Source: Candidatus Altarchaeum sp.
GTDB taxonomy: Archaea; Altiarchaeota; Altiarchaeia; Altiarchaeales; Altiarchaeaceae
Assembly (NCBI GenBank): GCA_018260615.1
Contig: JAGWDQ010000044.1
Span: 1 to 64,000 of the forward strand
Length of the DNA: 64,000 bases
Reading direction: 5' to 3'
Within the stretch, counting starts at the first letter, position 1; each line of letters starts with the position of its first letter. This document shows positions 38,019 through 50,337 of this stretch, piece by piece. Made by a program: the position numbers and the translations under genes. The notes under the pieces were generated by a model that saw only the letters and a program-made list of their open reading frames with translations, made no database searches and was not told the DNA's origin.

Positions 38019-39260
38019 TTAAATTTTTCCGTTTTCCTTAAAACTGTAATATGTGTCGCCGATAATAACATGGTCAATAACAGAAATTCCGATAATCTCG
38101 CCCGTCTTAACAAGGGTTTCCGTAATTTTAATATCATCTGTTGATGGTGTCGGATCATCAGAAGGATGGTTATGGACCAAAACAATTGCATTTGCACCGT
38201 CCTTTATTGCATCTCTAAAAACCTCCCTCGGATGAATCAATGAAGCATTTAATATTCCGATAGAAACAATTTTATCTGCAATTATCCGGTTTTTGGAATC
38301 AAGAAGAATAACCATAAAATACTCCTTCTTATTATCGGGAATTTTCTGGGAAGCGTACCCAAATACCTCTTTTGCATATTTTATTTTTTTTAAAGATTTC
38401 GCTGCCAGATTACACCTTTTATTAAATTCAAACAATGCTTTGATTTGCATTGCTTTTGCCTCCCCGATACCATTTATCTTGTGGTAGACCTTTATTTTTC
38501 CATTTTCCTTTTTTAAAATGTATTTATGAGTATCATCACAGGTAACCAAAGTTACATTCTTTTTTGCGTATATGTTTAGCTTACCTTCCTCTTCTTTTAA
38601 AAGATATTTGTATTTTTTGACACCGTTGAGTTCTAATGATACCATCTTTTTTGTTTTGTTATTTTCGGGCTTGCCCTGAAAATCTCCAAACGAAGTGAGG
38701 TGAAGTTTGAGAAAAATTGTATTTGTTCCCTTTGCAACAGTTATTGTTTCGTTATTGTCGTTTTTTTTGATTTCTGCATTTTCCACCCATTCAATTTTTA
38801 AGTCGTCCTTTAAAAATTTTACGAGTCCTATATTGTTTTCGGGAACATCATCCCAGCTAAACAAATACTTTTTTGCTTTATCAAATTTAAAAGTAAATGA
38901 GTTTTCTCCATTTTTAATAATTATTGTTTCACCATCGTCTTCTTTACTGATTTCTGCATTTTTCGCCCAGTCCATTTTTAGGTCATCCTCCATATATTTT
39001 AGAAGTATCCCGCTGTCATTTCCCGGAACATCATCCCAGCTAAAGAAATACACCTTGTGAAGTTCTTCAAACGACAAATCGCTTAAATTTCCAATTCCGT
39101 AAAATGAGATTAGACGATTGCACATATCAACAACATTTTCACCTTTGACTCCGTTTTGTAAGATAATTGCAAGCAATTCCGCATCACTCAATGCAGAAGC
39201 GCCAAACTTCTTTAGCCGTTCTCTCGGACGATTTTCCGCAGGAATTTCTTTTATTTTCAT
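38019..39260 (-). CDS. radC: RadC (JAB/MPN) protein with 192-aa nested in-frame insertion
   Basis: RPRERL, LSDAELLA, HPREVF, HNHPS...PS..D, DHVII; 221 aa after removing the insert. Confidence 0.92.
   Translation of the reverse strand: MKIKEIPAENRPRERLKKFGASALSDAELLAIILQNGVKGENVVDMCNRLISFYGIGNLSDLSFEELHKVYFFSWDDVPGNDSGILLKYMEDDLKMDWAKNAEISKEDDGETIIIKNGENSFTFKFDKAKKYLFSWDDVPENNIGLVKFLKDDLKIEWVENAEIKKNDNNETITVAKGTNTIFLKLHLTSFGDFQGKPENNKTKKMVSLELNGVKKYKYLLKEEEGKLNIYAKKNVTLVTCDDTHKYILKKENGKIKVYHKINGIGEAKAMQIKALFEFNKRCNLAAKSLKKIKYAKEVFGYASQKIPDNKKEYFMVILLDSKNRIIADKIVSIGILNASLIHPREVFRDAIKDGANAIVLVHNHPSDDPTPSTDDIKITETLVKTGEIIGISVIDHVIIGDTYYSFKENGKI
38568..38868 (-). mobile_element. Inner protein-coding MITE-like element (301 bp)
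   Basis: 14-bp TIR GTAT(A/T)TGTTTAGCT with 1 mismatch; perfect 8-bp TSD TTTTTTGC (38560-38567, 38869-38876). Confidence 0.85.
38661..38702 (-). repeat. Family A repeat inserted in frame (HLTSFGDFQGKPEN)
   Basis: Matches intergenic copies at about 58085-58110 and 58152-58173. Confidence 0.85.
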
Positions 39261-39326
39261 TATTTAATTTTTATTAAATTTGCGAAATTTAGGAAAATAA
39301 AACAAAACCGTTTCAAAAAGCAATTA

Positions 39327-39899
39327 TTATCCGGTTAAATTTTCCTTAAACGCATCAACCGTAAGCAAAGAAATCAAAGTTATTCCTTCTTTTGCTAAAT
39401 TTTCCTTTGCTCCCTCCAGCCGGTCAACAATCGTAATAACCTGAACCACTTTACAGTTAAACTCCCGGACAGCATTTATCGCTTTAAGAACAGACATTCC
39501 AGTAGTTGTAACATCCTCAACGAGCACAACATTGCTGTTTTCCTTTAAATTTCCTTCAATTAATTTTTTTGTCCCTCTTTTCTTTTCTTCTTTTCGGACA
39601 AAAAATCCCTGAAGTGGTTTTCCGGGATATTGGCTTTTGACACATATCGCAGCTACGAGCGGAATTCCTCCGGTTTCCATACCTCCCACATAATCCGTCT
39701 CCTTACATTGAGCCATAATAATTTCAAGCATACCTTCAGCTATTAAATTTGCACCTTCCGGGTCAAGTGCAACCGGCTTCATATTAAAGTAAAAAGGGCT
39801 TTCCTTTCCCGAAGCAAGTTTAAATTTTTCCCCTGTATTAATCACTAAGGCCTTTTCCCTGATTAATTCAATTAACCGTTTCTTTTTTTGTGCTTCCAT
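39327..39899 (-). CDS. pyrE: Orotate phosphoribosyltransferase
   Basis: FKLASGKES.FY, VRKE.K..GT, LVEDVTTTG. Confidence 0.95.
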   Translation of the reverse strand: MEAQKKKRLIELIREKALVINTGEKFKLASGKESPFYFNMKPVALDPEGANLIAEGMLEIIMAQCKETDYVGGMETGGIPLVAAICVKSQYPGKPLQGFFVRKEEKKRGTKKLIEGNLKENSNVVLVEDVTTTGMSVLKAINAVREFNCKVVQVITIVDRLEGAKENLAKEGITLISLLTVDAFKENLTG

Positions 39900-39902
39900 T
39901 TT

Positions 39903-40100
39903 TTACTGATACAAATGCTTTTTACCACTTTCAGTTAGTTTGGCTGTTCCTAATAAGAGATCGAGAGAGACCCAACCATCTTTAGCCCAATTCTTTAAAA
40001 CTTTCCATTCTTCTTCGTTTTTAATTCTTGCAACATTCTCAAATTTCTTTAAAATTTCTCGTTCCCTTTCTGAAAGGATAACCTTTCCGTTTGTGCCCAT
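39903..40100 (-). CDS. Small hypothetical protein, wHTH-like
   Basis: LSERE..IL, AKLTESGK; co-oriented between argJ and pyrE. Confidence 0.6.
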   Translation of the reverse strand: MGTNGKVILSEREREILKKFENVARIKNEEEWKVLKNWAKDGWVSLDLLLGTAKLTESGKKHLYQ

Positions 40101-40146
40101 TTTTTATTAAATTCCATAAGTAAATAAATTTGAAATTTATGAAATT

Positions 40147-41325
40147 TTAATTATACTCCGCATTTATCTTAACATAATCATAAGTCAAATCACACCCCCA
40201 CGCCGTTGCATTGTTTTCCCCTTCATTTAAATTTAGCAAAATCCTTATATTTTTTGCCTTCATTATACTCCAATCATCTAACTTCATTGCATCTCCCTTT
40301 TCCAAAATTTTTACCAATTTATTGTTATCCATATCCTCAAATTTCAAATCAACATTATCAAAATTTATTTTCGCAACACTTCCCGCTGCACTGATTATTC
40401 TTCCCCAGTTTAAATTTTCCCCGAAAAATGCGGATTTAACTAAATTTGAATTCACTATTGTCAGTGCAATCTTTATCGCTTTGCTCTTTGTATTTGCACC
40501 TTCAACGACAACCTCTAAAAATTTAGTCGCCCCTTCACCATCCGCAACAACCTTTTTTGCCAGTTCCTGTGTTGAGAATTTAAGCAAAAATTTAAAGTCA
40601 TCAGCGCTGCAGGTTTTTGTTGCATCGGAAAGTAAAATAATGCAGTCATTTGTGCTCATACATCCGTCAACAGAAATCATATTGAATGATTCGCCAACTG
40701 ATTCCTTTAAGCATTGAGCCAAAATTTTGGAATTGTTTGCCCCTAAATTTGCGTTTGTTGTTAAAAAACACAGCATCGTTGCCATATTCGGAGCAATCAT
40801 TCCTGCACCTTTGCAAATCCCGCCTATTTTTATTCCTTTGTATTCGTAACAAATTTCCTTAAATTTCGTATCCGTTGTCATTATCGCTTTGTTTGCATTT
40901 CGGGAAGAAATTTCATTAATGTCTAAATCATTCACAATTTTTCTTATTTTTTCAATGTCCATTCGTTTTCCGATAATTCCCGTTGATTCGCATAAAATTT
41001 GAGCGGGATTGCTCTTCAGTTTTTCGGCTGCAATTTTGCACATTTCTCTGACATCGGCAAGTCCTTCTTTTATGCAGGCGTTTGCGTTTCCGGAATTGGC
41101 AATTATTGCCTTAAATTTTTGTCTCCGCTTTAGTTGTGCTATGTCGTATTTCACAGGATTTGCCTTTATTGAGTTTTTTGTAAATACTGCGGCACAATCG
41201 CACAGGTCATCATTCCATATTAAAGATACTCCGTATTTTTCGGTTTTGATTCCGTTCGCCTTAAATTTGTTTATGCATATTCCGTCATTGCAGGAATTTA
41301 TTTGTTTTATGTTTGCTCTGCTCAT
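40147..41325 (-). CDS. argJ: Bifunctional ornithine acetyltransferase
   Basis: NSGNANA, KGAGMIAPNMATML, STND, DGEGATK. Confidence 0.95.
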   Translation of the reverse strand: MSRANIKQINSCNDGICINKFKANGIKTEKYGVSLIWNDDLCDCAAVFTKNSIKANPVKYDIAQLKRRQKFKAIIANSGNANACIKEGLADVREMCKIAAEKLKSNPAQILCESTGIIGKRMDIEKIRKIVNDLDINEISSRNANKAIMTTDTKFKEICYEYKGIKIGGICKGAGMIAPNMATMLCFLTTNANLGANNSKILAQCLKESVGESFNMISVDGCMSTNDCIILLSDATKTCSADDFKFLLKFSTQELAKKVVADGEGATKFLEVVVEGANTKSKAIKIALTIVNSNLVKSAFFGENLNWGRIISAAGSVAKINFDNVDLKFEDMDNNKLVKILEKGDAMKLDDWSIMKAKNIRILLNLNEGENNATAWGCDLTYDYVKINAEYN

Positions 41326-41473
41326 TTTGTTAAAATTTTATAAAATTTATATCTCCGCTTCCAACAAATTTATAATAACATAATTTATTGTGATTGCTTA
41401 ACTGCGTTAAATTTTTATCCTCGCTCAAATATTCGGGCATTTTAACTATTCATAAGTTGTATTCCTTTTTGAT

Positions 41474-42579
41474 TCATTTCATTCCTTTTAAAATTTCTCT
41501 TATTGCCAGCAAATCTAATTTTGACTGTGGTTTTATTGTCTCATTAACGCATTCGGCAAATAAAATATTGTTCTTAACTAAATACATCTTTGTTACTTCG
41601 TCAATGTCATCATCAAAAATTTTATCTTTTTCACCAAACATTTTAAGTGTTGAAATTACATCATTATAATCAACCTTATAAGGTGTTTTATCAAAAACGA
41701 CTTCACTTCCAAATCTCTTGAGCTTCCTTATTGTATCCTTTATCTCTTTTTTCTGCTTTCCAGCATTGCTTCTGTTTCAGTTATAACATCGCCACCTCTA
41801 TTTTTTGCATCAATTATTCTGAGCAAATGTGCAGGTTTCCCGCCTGTGTTGTTATATACATTTTCCTGCTCCTCCTCGCTAAAATTATGTTTTTTTAGGA
41901 ATTTTTTTGTTGTTTCTTCATCAAAATTATCTATTAACAAATATCTGCACCTGTCTTTAAGTATTGCTTCATTATAGACCCTTTCAATAAATAAAGAGTC
42001 AGAAGATAAAGCAAAAACATGACAAATATGTAATTCTTTTGTTAAGCGAATGAAGAAATTAAATAATTTATAAATTACTTTTCCGTTAATTTCAAGGTCC
42101 CCTATAACCTGCAGTTCATCAATGATCAAAATCGGAATCTTTGTTTCACTTATTTTTAAAAAATACTCCTCCAAAAATTCAAAAACATCCTCAGAACTTT
42201 TGGTTTCAAGAAATCCGTCAAGCATATCTTTTTCTATCGGAATGCCTGACAGGTATCTTCCTGCCAGTACAAGTGCCTTTTTAGCGAGCTTTTCGCCTTT
42301 TTCTATTACCTTTTCAGAGATTTCTTTTCTCTTAACTTTGAATAATACCCTCACAAATCCGCCGTATTCTTTTATAAGTTTTCCCCGCAGATTTATGTAA
42401 AAAACAACATATTTATCTTTTGGCAAGTCATCAATCAATTTTTGAATTAAAGTCGTCTTTCCTGAATTTATAGGGCCGTAGATGAAATTTATCTCCCGCG
42501 GTTCTTGCCTTAAAATGTGCAAAATTTCTTCTTTTTCCTTTTCCCTGTCAAAAAATTCAGTCCTTTGAATGCCTTTCAT
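41474..42579 (-). pseudogene. Archaeal ATPase (ATPase_2-type) with 1-nt frameshift in an A6 tract at about 41747-41752
   Basis: GPINSGKTT, IIDELQ; adding one A gives a C-terminus ending IKPQSKLDLLAIREILKGMK, homologous to the paralog. Confidence 0.85.
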
Positions 42580-42780
42580 GTTCTATAAATTTAATTCTAT
42601 AATTTGTTATTTTGCATAAAGATTTATCAATTTGGTTTATATCTCAAAATGTGTAAAATTTTAATATTTTACTTTCCCTGTCAAAAAATTCAATTATCAG
42701 AAGGTTGTTTGTGTTCATAGTTTATTTAAATTTATTCCATAGTAACAATCTTATCAATCAAAGCAAACACATCAAATAAA

Positions 42781-43884
42781 TTATTTTATTTCCTTTAAAA
42801 TTTCTCTTATCGCGGTCAGGATGATTTTTGATTGTGGTTTTATTATTCCGCTCTTTGAATTCACAAACAATATGTTTCTATTAACCAGATATATTTTCTC
42901 AGGTCTGCTTATTTCCACATCCTCTGTTTCTTCTTTATCTTTAAACTTCTTTAACACATCTATTATTTTGTGCCTTTCAACAGGTATTTTCTCCTTTCCT
43001 ATTTCTATTTTTGGTTTTACATATAATAATTCATCCAGCATGTCTATCAAAAAACGCTTTTTCTCATCAGTCGTTTCCTTCATGAAAATTGTAATATCTT
43101 TATTTTGTGCCAGTAATTTTATTAAGTCCCCCGGCTTCCCGCCAAAATACTGAATAGCAATATCTGTATCTCCGAAGTTATATTTTTCCAAAAATTTTCT
43201 CGCGGTTTCTTTATCAAAATCATCAACTAACAAATAGTTTGTCCTTCCTTCGAGCATTGCTTCGGCATAAACCCTTTCAATAAATAATGAATCAGAAGAT
43301 AAAGCAAAAACATGACAAATATGTAATTCTTTTGTTAAGCGGATGAAGAAATTAAATAATTTATAAATTGCTTTTCCGTTAATTTCAAGGTCCCCTATAA
43401 CCTGCAGTTCGTCAATGATCAAAATCGGAATCTTTGTTTCACTTATTTTTAAAAAATACTCCTCCAAAAATTCAAAAACATCCTCAGAACTTTTGGTTTC
43501 AAGAAATCCGTCAAGCATATCTTTTTCTATCGGAATGCCTGACAGGTATCTTCCTGCCAGTACAAGTGCCTTTTTAGCGAGCTTTTCGCCTTTTTCTATT
43601 ACCTTTTCAGAGATTTCTTTTCTCTTAACTTTGAATAATACCCTCACAAATCCGCCGTATTCTTTTATAAGTTTTCCCCGCAGATTTATGTAAAAAACAA
43701 CATATTTATCTTTTGGCAAGTCATCAATCAATTTTTGAATTAAAGTCGTCTTTCCTGAATTTATAGGGCCGTAGATGAAATTTATCTCCCGCGGTTCTTG
43801 CCTTAAAATGCTCAATATTTCCTCCTTTTCTCTTTCCCTGTTAAAAAATTCAATGGAATGTTCAAATTTTTCAGTTGCATTCAT
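42781..43884 (-). CDS. Archaeal ATPase (ATPase_2-type)
   Basis: FFNRERE, GPINSGKTT, IIDELQ. Confidence 0.9.
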   Translation of the reverse strand: MNATEKFEHSIEFFNREREKEEILSILRQEPREINFIYGPINSGKTTLIQKLIDDLPKDKYVVFYINLRGKLIKEYGGFVRVLFKVKRKEISEKVIEKGEKLAKKALVLAGRYLSGIPIEKDMLDGFLETKSSEDVFEFLEEYFLKISETKIPILIIDELQVIGDLEINGKAIYKLFNFFIRLTKELHICHVFALSSDSLFIERVYAEAMLEGRTNYLLVDDFDKETARKFLEKYNFGDTDIAIQYFGGKPGDLIKLLAQNKDITIFMKETTDEKKRFLIDMLDELLYVKPKIEIGKEKIPVERHKIIDVLKKFKDKEETEDVEISRPEKIYLVNRNILFVNSKSGIIKPQSKIILTAIREILKEIK

Positions 43885-44108
43885 TTTATCTTTTTGTTTT
43901 TATTTATTTCTGTTAAAATTATTGTTCGGTAACAATATGAGCAATTAAAGCAAAGACATCAGGTAAATTTATCATTGTATTATCTCTTTAAAATTTCTCT
44001 GATTGCTAGAATGTTAAGATGTGACTACGGTTTTATTATTTTTCTCATTGAATCAATATGCTCTGATAAATTTAAATTTTAACATTAAATTTTAACACAA
44101 ATAAAATT

Positions 44109-46088
44109 TTAATCCCGCGAAATTTTCTCAAAAAACCTTTTTATATAAATTTCCGGTTTTTCTGTAACAATCTGTGCAAAATCCTTCGGCAGACATTTTG
44201 AAAAATTCTGCCATTTATACCTTTCATCAAGCAACACAATTACTCCCCTGTCACTCTCGCTCCTTATACCTCGTCCCGCCGCCTGTACTACTTTATTCAT
44301 TGCAGGATAAATATAACCATACTTCCAGCCGGCATTAAATTTTTTATCATAATATTCAATCAATGCTTTCGTTTCCAAATCAGGAAAGTCCAGTGGCAGC
44401 CCTACAACAATAACCGCACTGAGTAAATTATTCGCATAATCAATACCTTCCGAAAGCGAGCCGGCAAGCACTGCACACAGCACAGCACCGCCCGAATTTT
44501 TAAAAGGGATTAATTTTTTGTAAAGTTCCATGCGGTCTTCCTTTGTCATATCCTGCTGCTCAAGTAAAATTGGTTTCGCAAAGGTGAAATTTTTATCTGA
44601 TTTGTCCTGTATCTCTTTCATAAAAAAAGAAATTTTGTTTAAAATTTTATAAGAAGGAAAGAAAATTGCAATATTTCCATCAACATGTTTTAAAATTTCG
44701 TTTATGTTTTCAGCATATTTTTTGAACATTTCCTCGCTCCGCATTTCATACTTCGTAGTTAAGCCCTCAACAACCATAACTAATTTATTTTCCTTTGGAA
44801 ACGGTGATTTATACTCTTTCAGCATGGCTCTTTTATCAGGAATTCCCAATATATCCTTATACATCTCCAGCGGGATTAATGTTCCGCTCATTAAAACAGC
44901 CGAATGACAGGCATTAAAAATTTCCGATGTTGAAATTGACGGGTCAAGACAATTACAATATAAAGAAAAATAGTCCCTGTATCTTCCTGTTGCATCCTTT
45001 CTTATTTCTTTCTTCAGTATTCTGGCAAAACCCGGTTCGGACATATTCCAGCTTCCGAGAAATTTACCTGTTATTTTCAGATATGAACGATATCGGTTTG
45101 GTGTTTTTAAAATTTCCGCGCCTGTGTAATCAGTATCATTTACAAAATCATCGTAGTTCCAGTTAGCAGGTCCGTCAATTTTACGGATGTGTTTTTCAAC
45201 TGCGGCAACAAATTTATCCTTTTCCATAAAAATTTCATTGTTGTTGTCCAGTTCCTTTCCAAACAGGACTAAAATTTTTTTTAAATTTAAAACGGCCTCC
45301 TGCAGATAAATTTTACCGACATTTTCCGCCTCTTTGCCTGCTCTGTCAATTGAAAATTCGCTGATGGAATGACTTAAAAGAGACATGAGTCGTTCGGGCA
45401 GATTATGTGATTCGTCAATTATGATGATTGAATCGTTCAGTTCTTTGCCAATCCTTGTTAAGAATGTATCCCTGACTGTTTTTGAAAATATGTGGAAGTA
45501 ATCACAAATTATTACATTTGCATCTTTTGCACATTCAATAATAATTTCATAAGGACATATATTGTGTCTGCTGCACAGTTCTTTTACTTCTTCGCTGTGC
45601 ATTATAGAATTTTTGAGCTTATTCTTAATTCCATCGGCAATATTGCTTTCATTTTTTTTGGGATGCGCGTTTTTGTAAAACTCACATTCTTCATGTTCCT
45701 TTTTTGCCTTGCAGAATTCATTAAATTCATTACTTGAAATGTCTTCTGTATCCGGATACATGCACATCCATTGCTTTCCTATTATATCAACGGCAATAAA
45801 TTTTAGAGCGTACTTTTCTTTTATTTTTTTTAGTGTTTCTATAACGATTTCGTGCTGTGTGTGTTTCGGAGTAAGAAAAAAAATAACCTTGTTGTTTTTT
45901 AATCCGTAGTTAAGCATTCCGCCAAGAGAGGCAGCTGTTTTCCCGATTCCCGTTGGTGCGTGAGCGAGTAAAATTTTTCCTTCGTTAACTGCGGTATTAA
46001 CATCATTCAAAAATTCCTTTTGACCGTCACGGATATTTGAATAAGGAAATAATATATCTGAATTTGATATATCTGACTTTTGGGGCAT
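44109..46088 (-). CDS. xpd: XPD/Rad3 Fe-S DNA helicase
   Basis: APTGIGKT, Fe-S cysteines, IIDESHNL, SGTL, QAAGRGIRS. Confidence 0.9.
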   Translation of the reverse strand: MPQKSDISNSDILFPYSNIRDGQKEFLNDVNTAVNEGKILLAHAPTGIGKTAASLGGMLNYGLKNNKVIFFLTPKHTQHEIVIETLKKIKEKYALKFIAVDIIGKQWMCMYPDTEDISSNEFNEFCKAKKEHEECEFYKNAHPKKNESNIADGIKNKLKNSIMHSEEVKELCSRHNICPYEIIIECAKDANVIICDYFHIFSKTVRDTFLTRIGKELNDSIIIIDESHNLPERLMSLLSHSISEFSIDRAGKEAENVGKIYLQEAVLNLKKILVLFGKELDNNNEIFMEKDKFVAAVEKHIRKIDGPANWNYDDFVNDTDYTGAEILKTPNRYRSYLKITGKFLGSWNMSEPGFARILKKEIRKDATGRYRDYFSLYCNCLDPSISTSEIFNACHSAVLMSGTLIPLEMYKDILGIPDKRAMLKEYKSPFPKENKLVMVVEGLTTKYEMRSEEMFKKYAENINEILKHVDGNIAIFFPSYKILNKISFFMKEIQDKSDKNFTFAKPILLEQQDMTKEDRMELYKKLIPFKNSGGAVLCAVLAGSLSEGIDYANNLLSAVIVVGLPLDFPDLETKALIEYYDKKFNAGWKYGYIYPAMNKVVQAAGRGIRSESDRGVIVLLDERYKWQNFSKCLPKDFAQIVTEKPEIYIKRFFEKISRD

Positions 46089-46099
46089 TGTAATTTTAC

Positions 46100-47269
46100 T
46101 TATCTGACATTATCTAAACCTCCCGATAAACCTGAATTTTGACCGCTTTTAATTTCTTCGGCCATAGTTATCCCTTTATCTTCTTTTTCCGATTCCTTTT
46201 CTTTCATTAATGAAAATGCGTAAGCAAGGGCAAAAACCGACAGGATAAAAGGACTAATGAAAATATTTAAAACGATTGTAAAAATTTCCGCAAAAAGGTA
46301 TAAAGAAAATGAAGGATGCATCGCATTGGCAAATGAGAACATAAATGAAGGAATGGAAGCAGCCATCATAATAACTATATAAATTACCAGCAACAGACAG
46401 AAATTTGCAGTATTGTCTTTTGTAAAATTTAAGGTCTTTTTTATTGCGTCTGTTACATTTATATTATCATTTAACACAATGACAGACGGAAGTATGTATG
46501 TAATTGCAGAAATTACTATGTATGTAATGAACACCAGAGCAAAAGAAATGACTATAAAAAGAATAAAAAAAAGTATGAGAAAGATAAGTGATAAAACAGG
46601 ACTGATGAATCCGGTGGCGATACCTAAAATCAAAAGAATAATTGCACCAATTATTCCTGTTGTGTAAAATTTTCTGAATTTTTTTGAGAGGATATAATGA
46701 CCGAAGGCGAGTAATATAATTGCCTGAGCAATAAACATAATAAATGCAATGAGCATCATACCTGCTGCACTTCCTAAATTCATGGTTGAATACGAATCTG
46801 TCGAAGCAATGGAACCAATGGCAAAAAGATACAACAACATTCCGATAATTCCGGGAAGGAAAAACAAAATATTTGCCGCCAAAACTGCGAATATAGCAAC
46901 AAAGCCCTTTGTCAGTGCTGTTTTTACCATATCTGAAATTTTTGTGGTCTCTCCGCGCAAATAGTCCTTTACTGCTCTCAGTCCTGCAACATTAGCAAGA
47001 ACTGCAAGAAAGGATAGAAAAGTTGCCCATACTATTATTAAAAGCATATAGTCCGCAAATTTCTTAAAAAAATAACTGTCATAACCTCCCGCAGAAGTTG
47101 TGTAAAATGCAGTGGATGAGTATGAACTTTGAGATGTAAATTCAAACACTGGTTTTGCAATGAGCAAAAAACTTAAGACCGAAATTATCCCCAAGACAAT
47201 AAACGGGACAAATATTGCTTTGTTCTTTTTTAATACATCAAAGCCCTTTCCTAAAGTATAAGATAACAT
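46100..47269 (-). CDS. Multi-pass membrane protein
   Basis: About 9 hydrophobic segments. Confidence 0.7.
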   Translation of the reverse strand: MLSYTLGKGFDVLKKNKAIFVPFIVLGIISVLSFLLIAKPVFEFTSQSSYSSTAFYTTSAGGYDSYFFKKFADYMLLIIVWATFLSFLAVLANVAGLRAVKDYLRGETTKISDMVKTALTKGFVAIFAVLAANILFFLPGIIGMLLYLFAIGSIASTDSYSTMNLGSAAGMMLIAFIMFIAQAIILLAFGHYILSKKFRKFYTTGIIGAIILLILGIATGFISPVLSLIFLILFFILFIVISFALVFITYIVISAITYILPSVIVLNDNINVTDAIKKTLNFTKDNTANFCLLLVIYIVIMMAASIPSFMFSFANAMHPSFSLYLFAEIFTIVLNIFISPFILSVFALAYAFSLMKEKESEKEDKGITMAEEIKSGQNSGLSGGLDNVR

Positions 47270-47450
47270 TTTATTTATTCTAAAATTATGTTTTCAAAAC
47301 AAATATAATATGAAAATATAAAAATTTGAAATTTGTTTATTTTGGGCTTTTTAAAGTTATTGATGTGTAAAGGTAAAAATTTATTTATCAACCCGTGACA
47401 AAATGTCACGACTTCGCTTCCTTATTCTGTCAGCCGTTGTTTCAATTTTC

Positions 47451-49616
<2,166 letters not shown>

Positions 49617-49704
49617 TCAATGGACATCCAAAAATCAGATTATGTCCCGTAATAAATCTGCAAAAATCCCATATTTTGGCAAATTTTTGTATTTATTGTT
49701 TTGA

Positions 49705-50310
49705 TCAGATATTTTCTAACATATTAGCTTCGGTTAAAGCACTAATTATGTCTTTATTAACCTTCTCTATAGATTTATCTCCTTTAATATATGTCACAAC
49801 AAGATTATTTTCAGACTGCATGCTTTTTAAAATTTTTAAGTAATTTTCCTTTACGAGCTTTAGTTGTTCAATATTTTCATAAAGTTCTATGTGGTCTCTG
49901 TTGTGAATAATTCTTTCAATGCATGTCTCGGGTTTGACATCCAAAAAGAGCACCATGTCCGGCTTTCTTGCATACCTGTTTATTTCAATGAGAAAATTTA
50001 AATCAATTGTCTGTGATTGATAGGTAAAATTTGAAATATAATATCTGTCAGAAATCACATAATCATAATGAGCAAATTTTATATTTGCCAGATGGTCTGT
50101 TCTGTCAGCAGCAAATAACAGCGCCAATGTCATCTCATCAAATTTTATCCGTTTTCTTAAGGTATTTCTTATAAGCATTCCAATCAGCCCATCCGTTGGT
50201 TCTTTTGTCAGTAAGACCTTTTTGCCATTCATGAGCAGATATTCCTTGAGCAGATGGGATTGAGTACTCAATCCGCTTCCGTCAATTCCCTCAAAAACGA
50301 TAAATTTCAT
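49705..50310 (-). CDS. tmk: Thymidylate kinase
   Basis: FEGIDGSG, KEPT, FAADR, DRY. Confidence 0.95.
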   Translation of the reverse strand: MKFIVFEGIDGSGLSTQSHLLKEYLLMNGKKVLLTKEPTDGLIGMLIRNTLRKRIKFDEMTLALLFAADRTDHLANIKFAHYDYVISDRYYISNFTYQSQTIDLNFLIEINRYARKPDMVLFLDVKPETCIERIIHNRDHIELYENIEQLKLVKENYLKILKSMQSENNLVVTYIKGDKSIEKVNKDIISALTEANMLENI

Positions 50311-50337
50311 AAATTATAAATAATAAATTTCAAAATC

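Larger units (their letters stand above)
38484..39051 (-). mobile_element. Outer protein-coding MITE-like element (568 bp including inner copy)
   Basis: Flanking 8-bp repeat ATCTTGTG/ACCTTGTG (38476-38483, 39052-39059); degenerate GTA...TAC TIR; removal restores EELHKINGIGEAKA. Confidence 0.8.

Noticed and set aside
41442-41452. TTAACTATTCA resembling the MITE TIR
   Set aside because: No partner end or TSD found nearby
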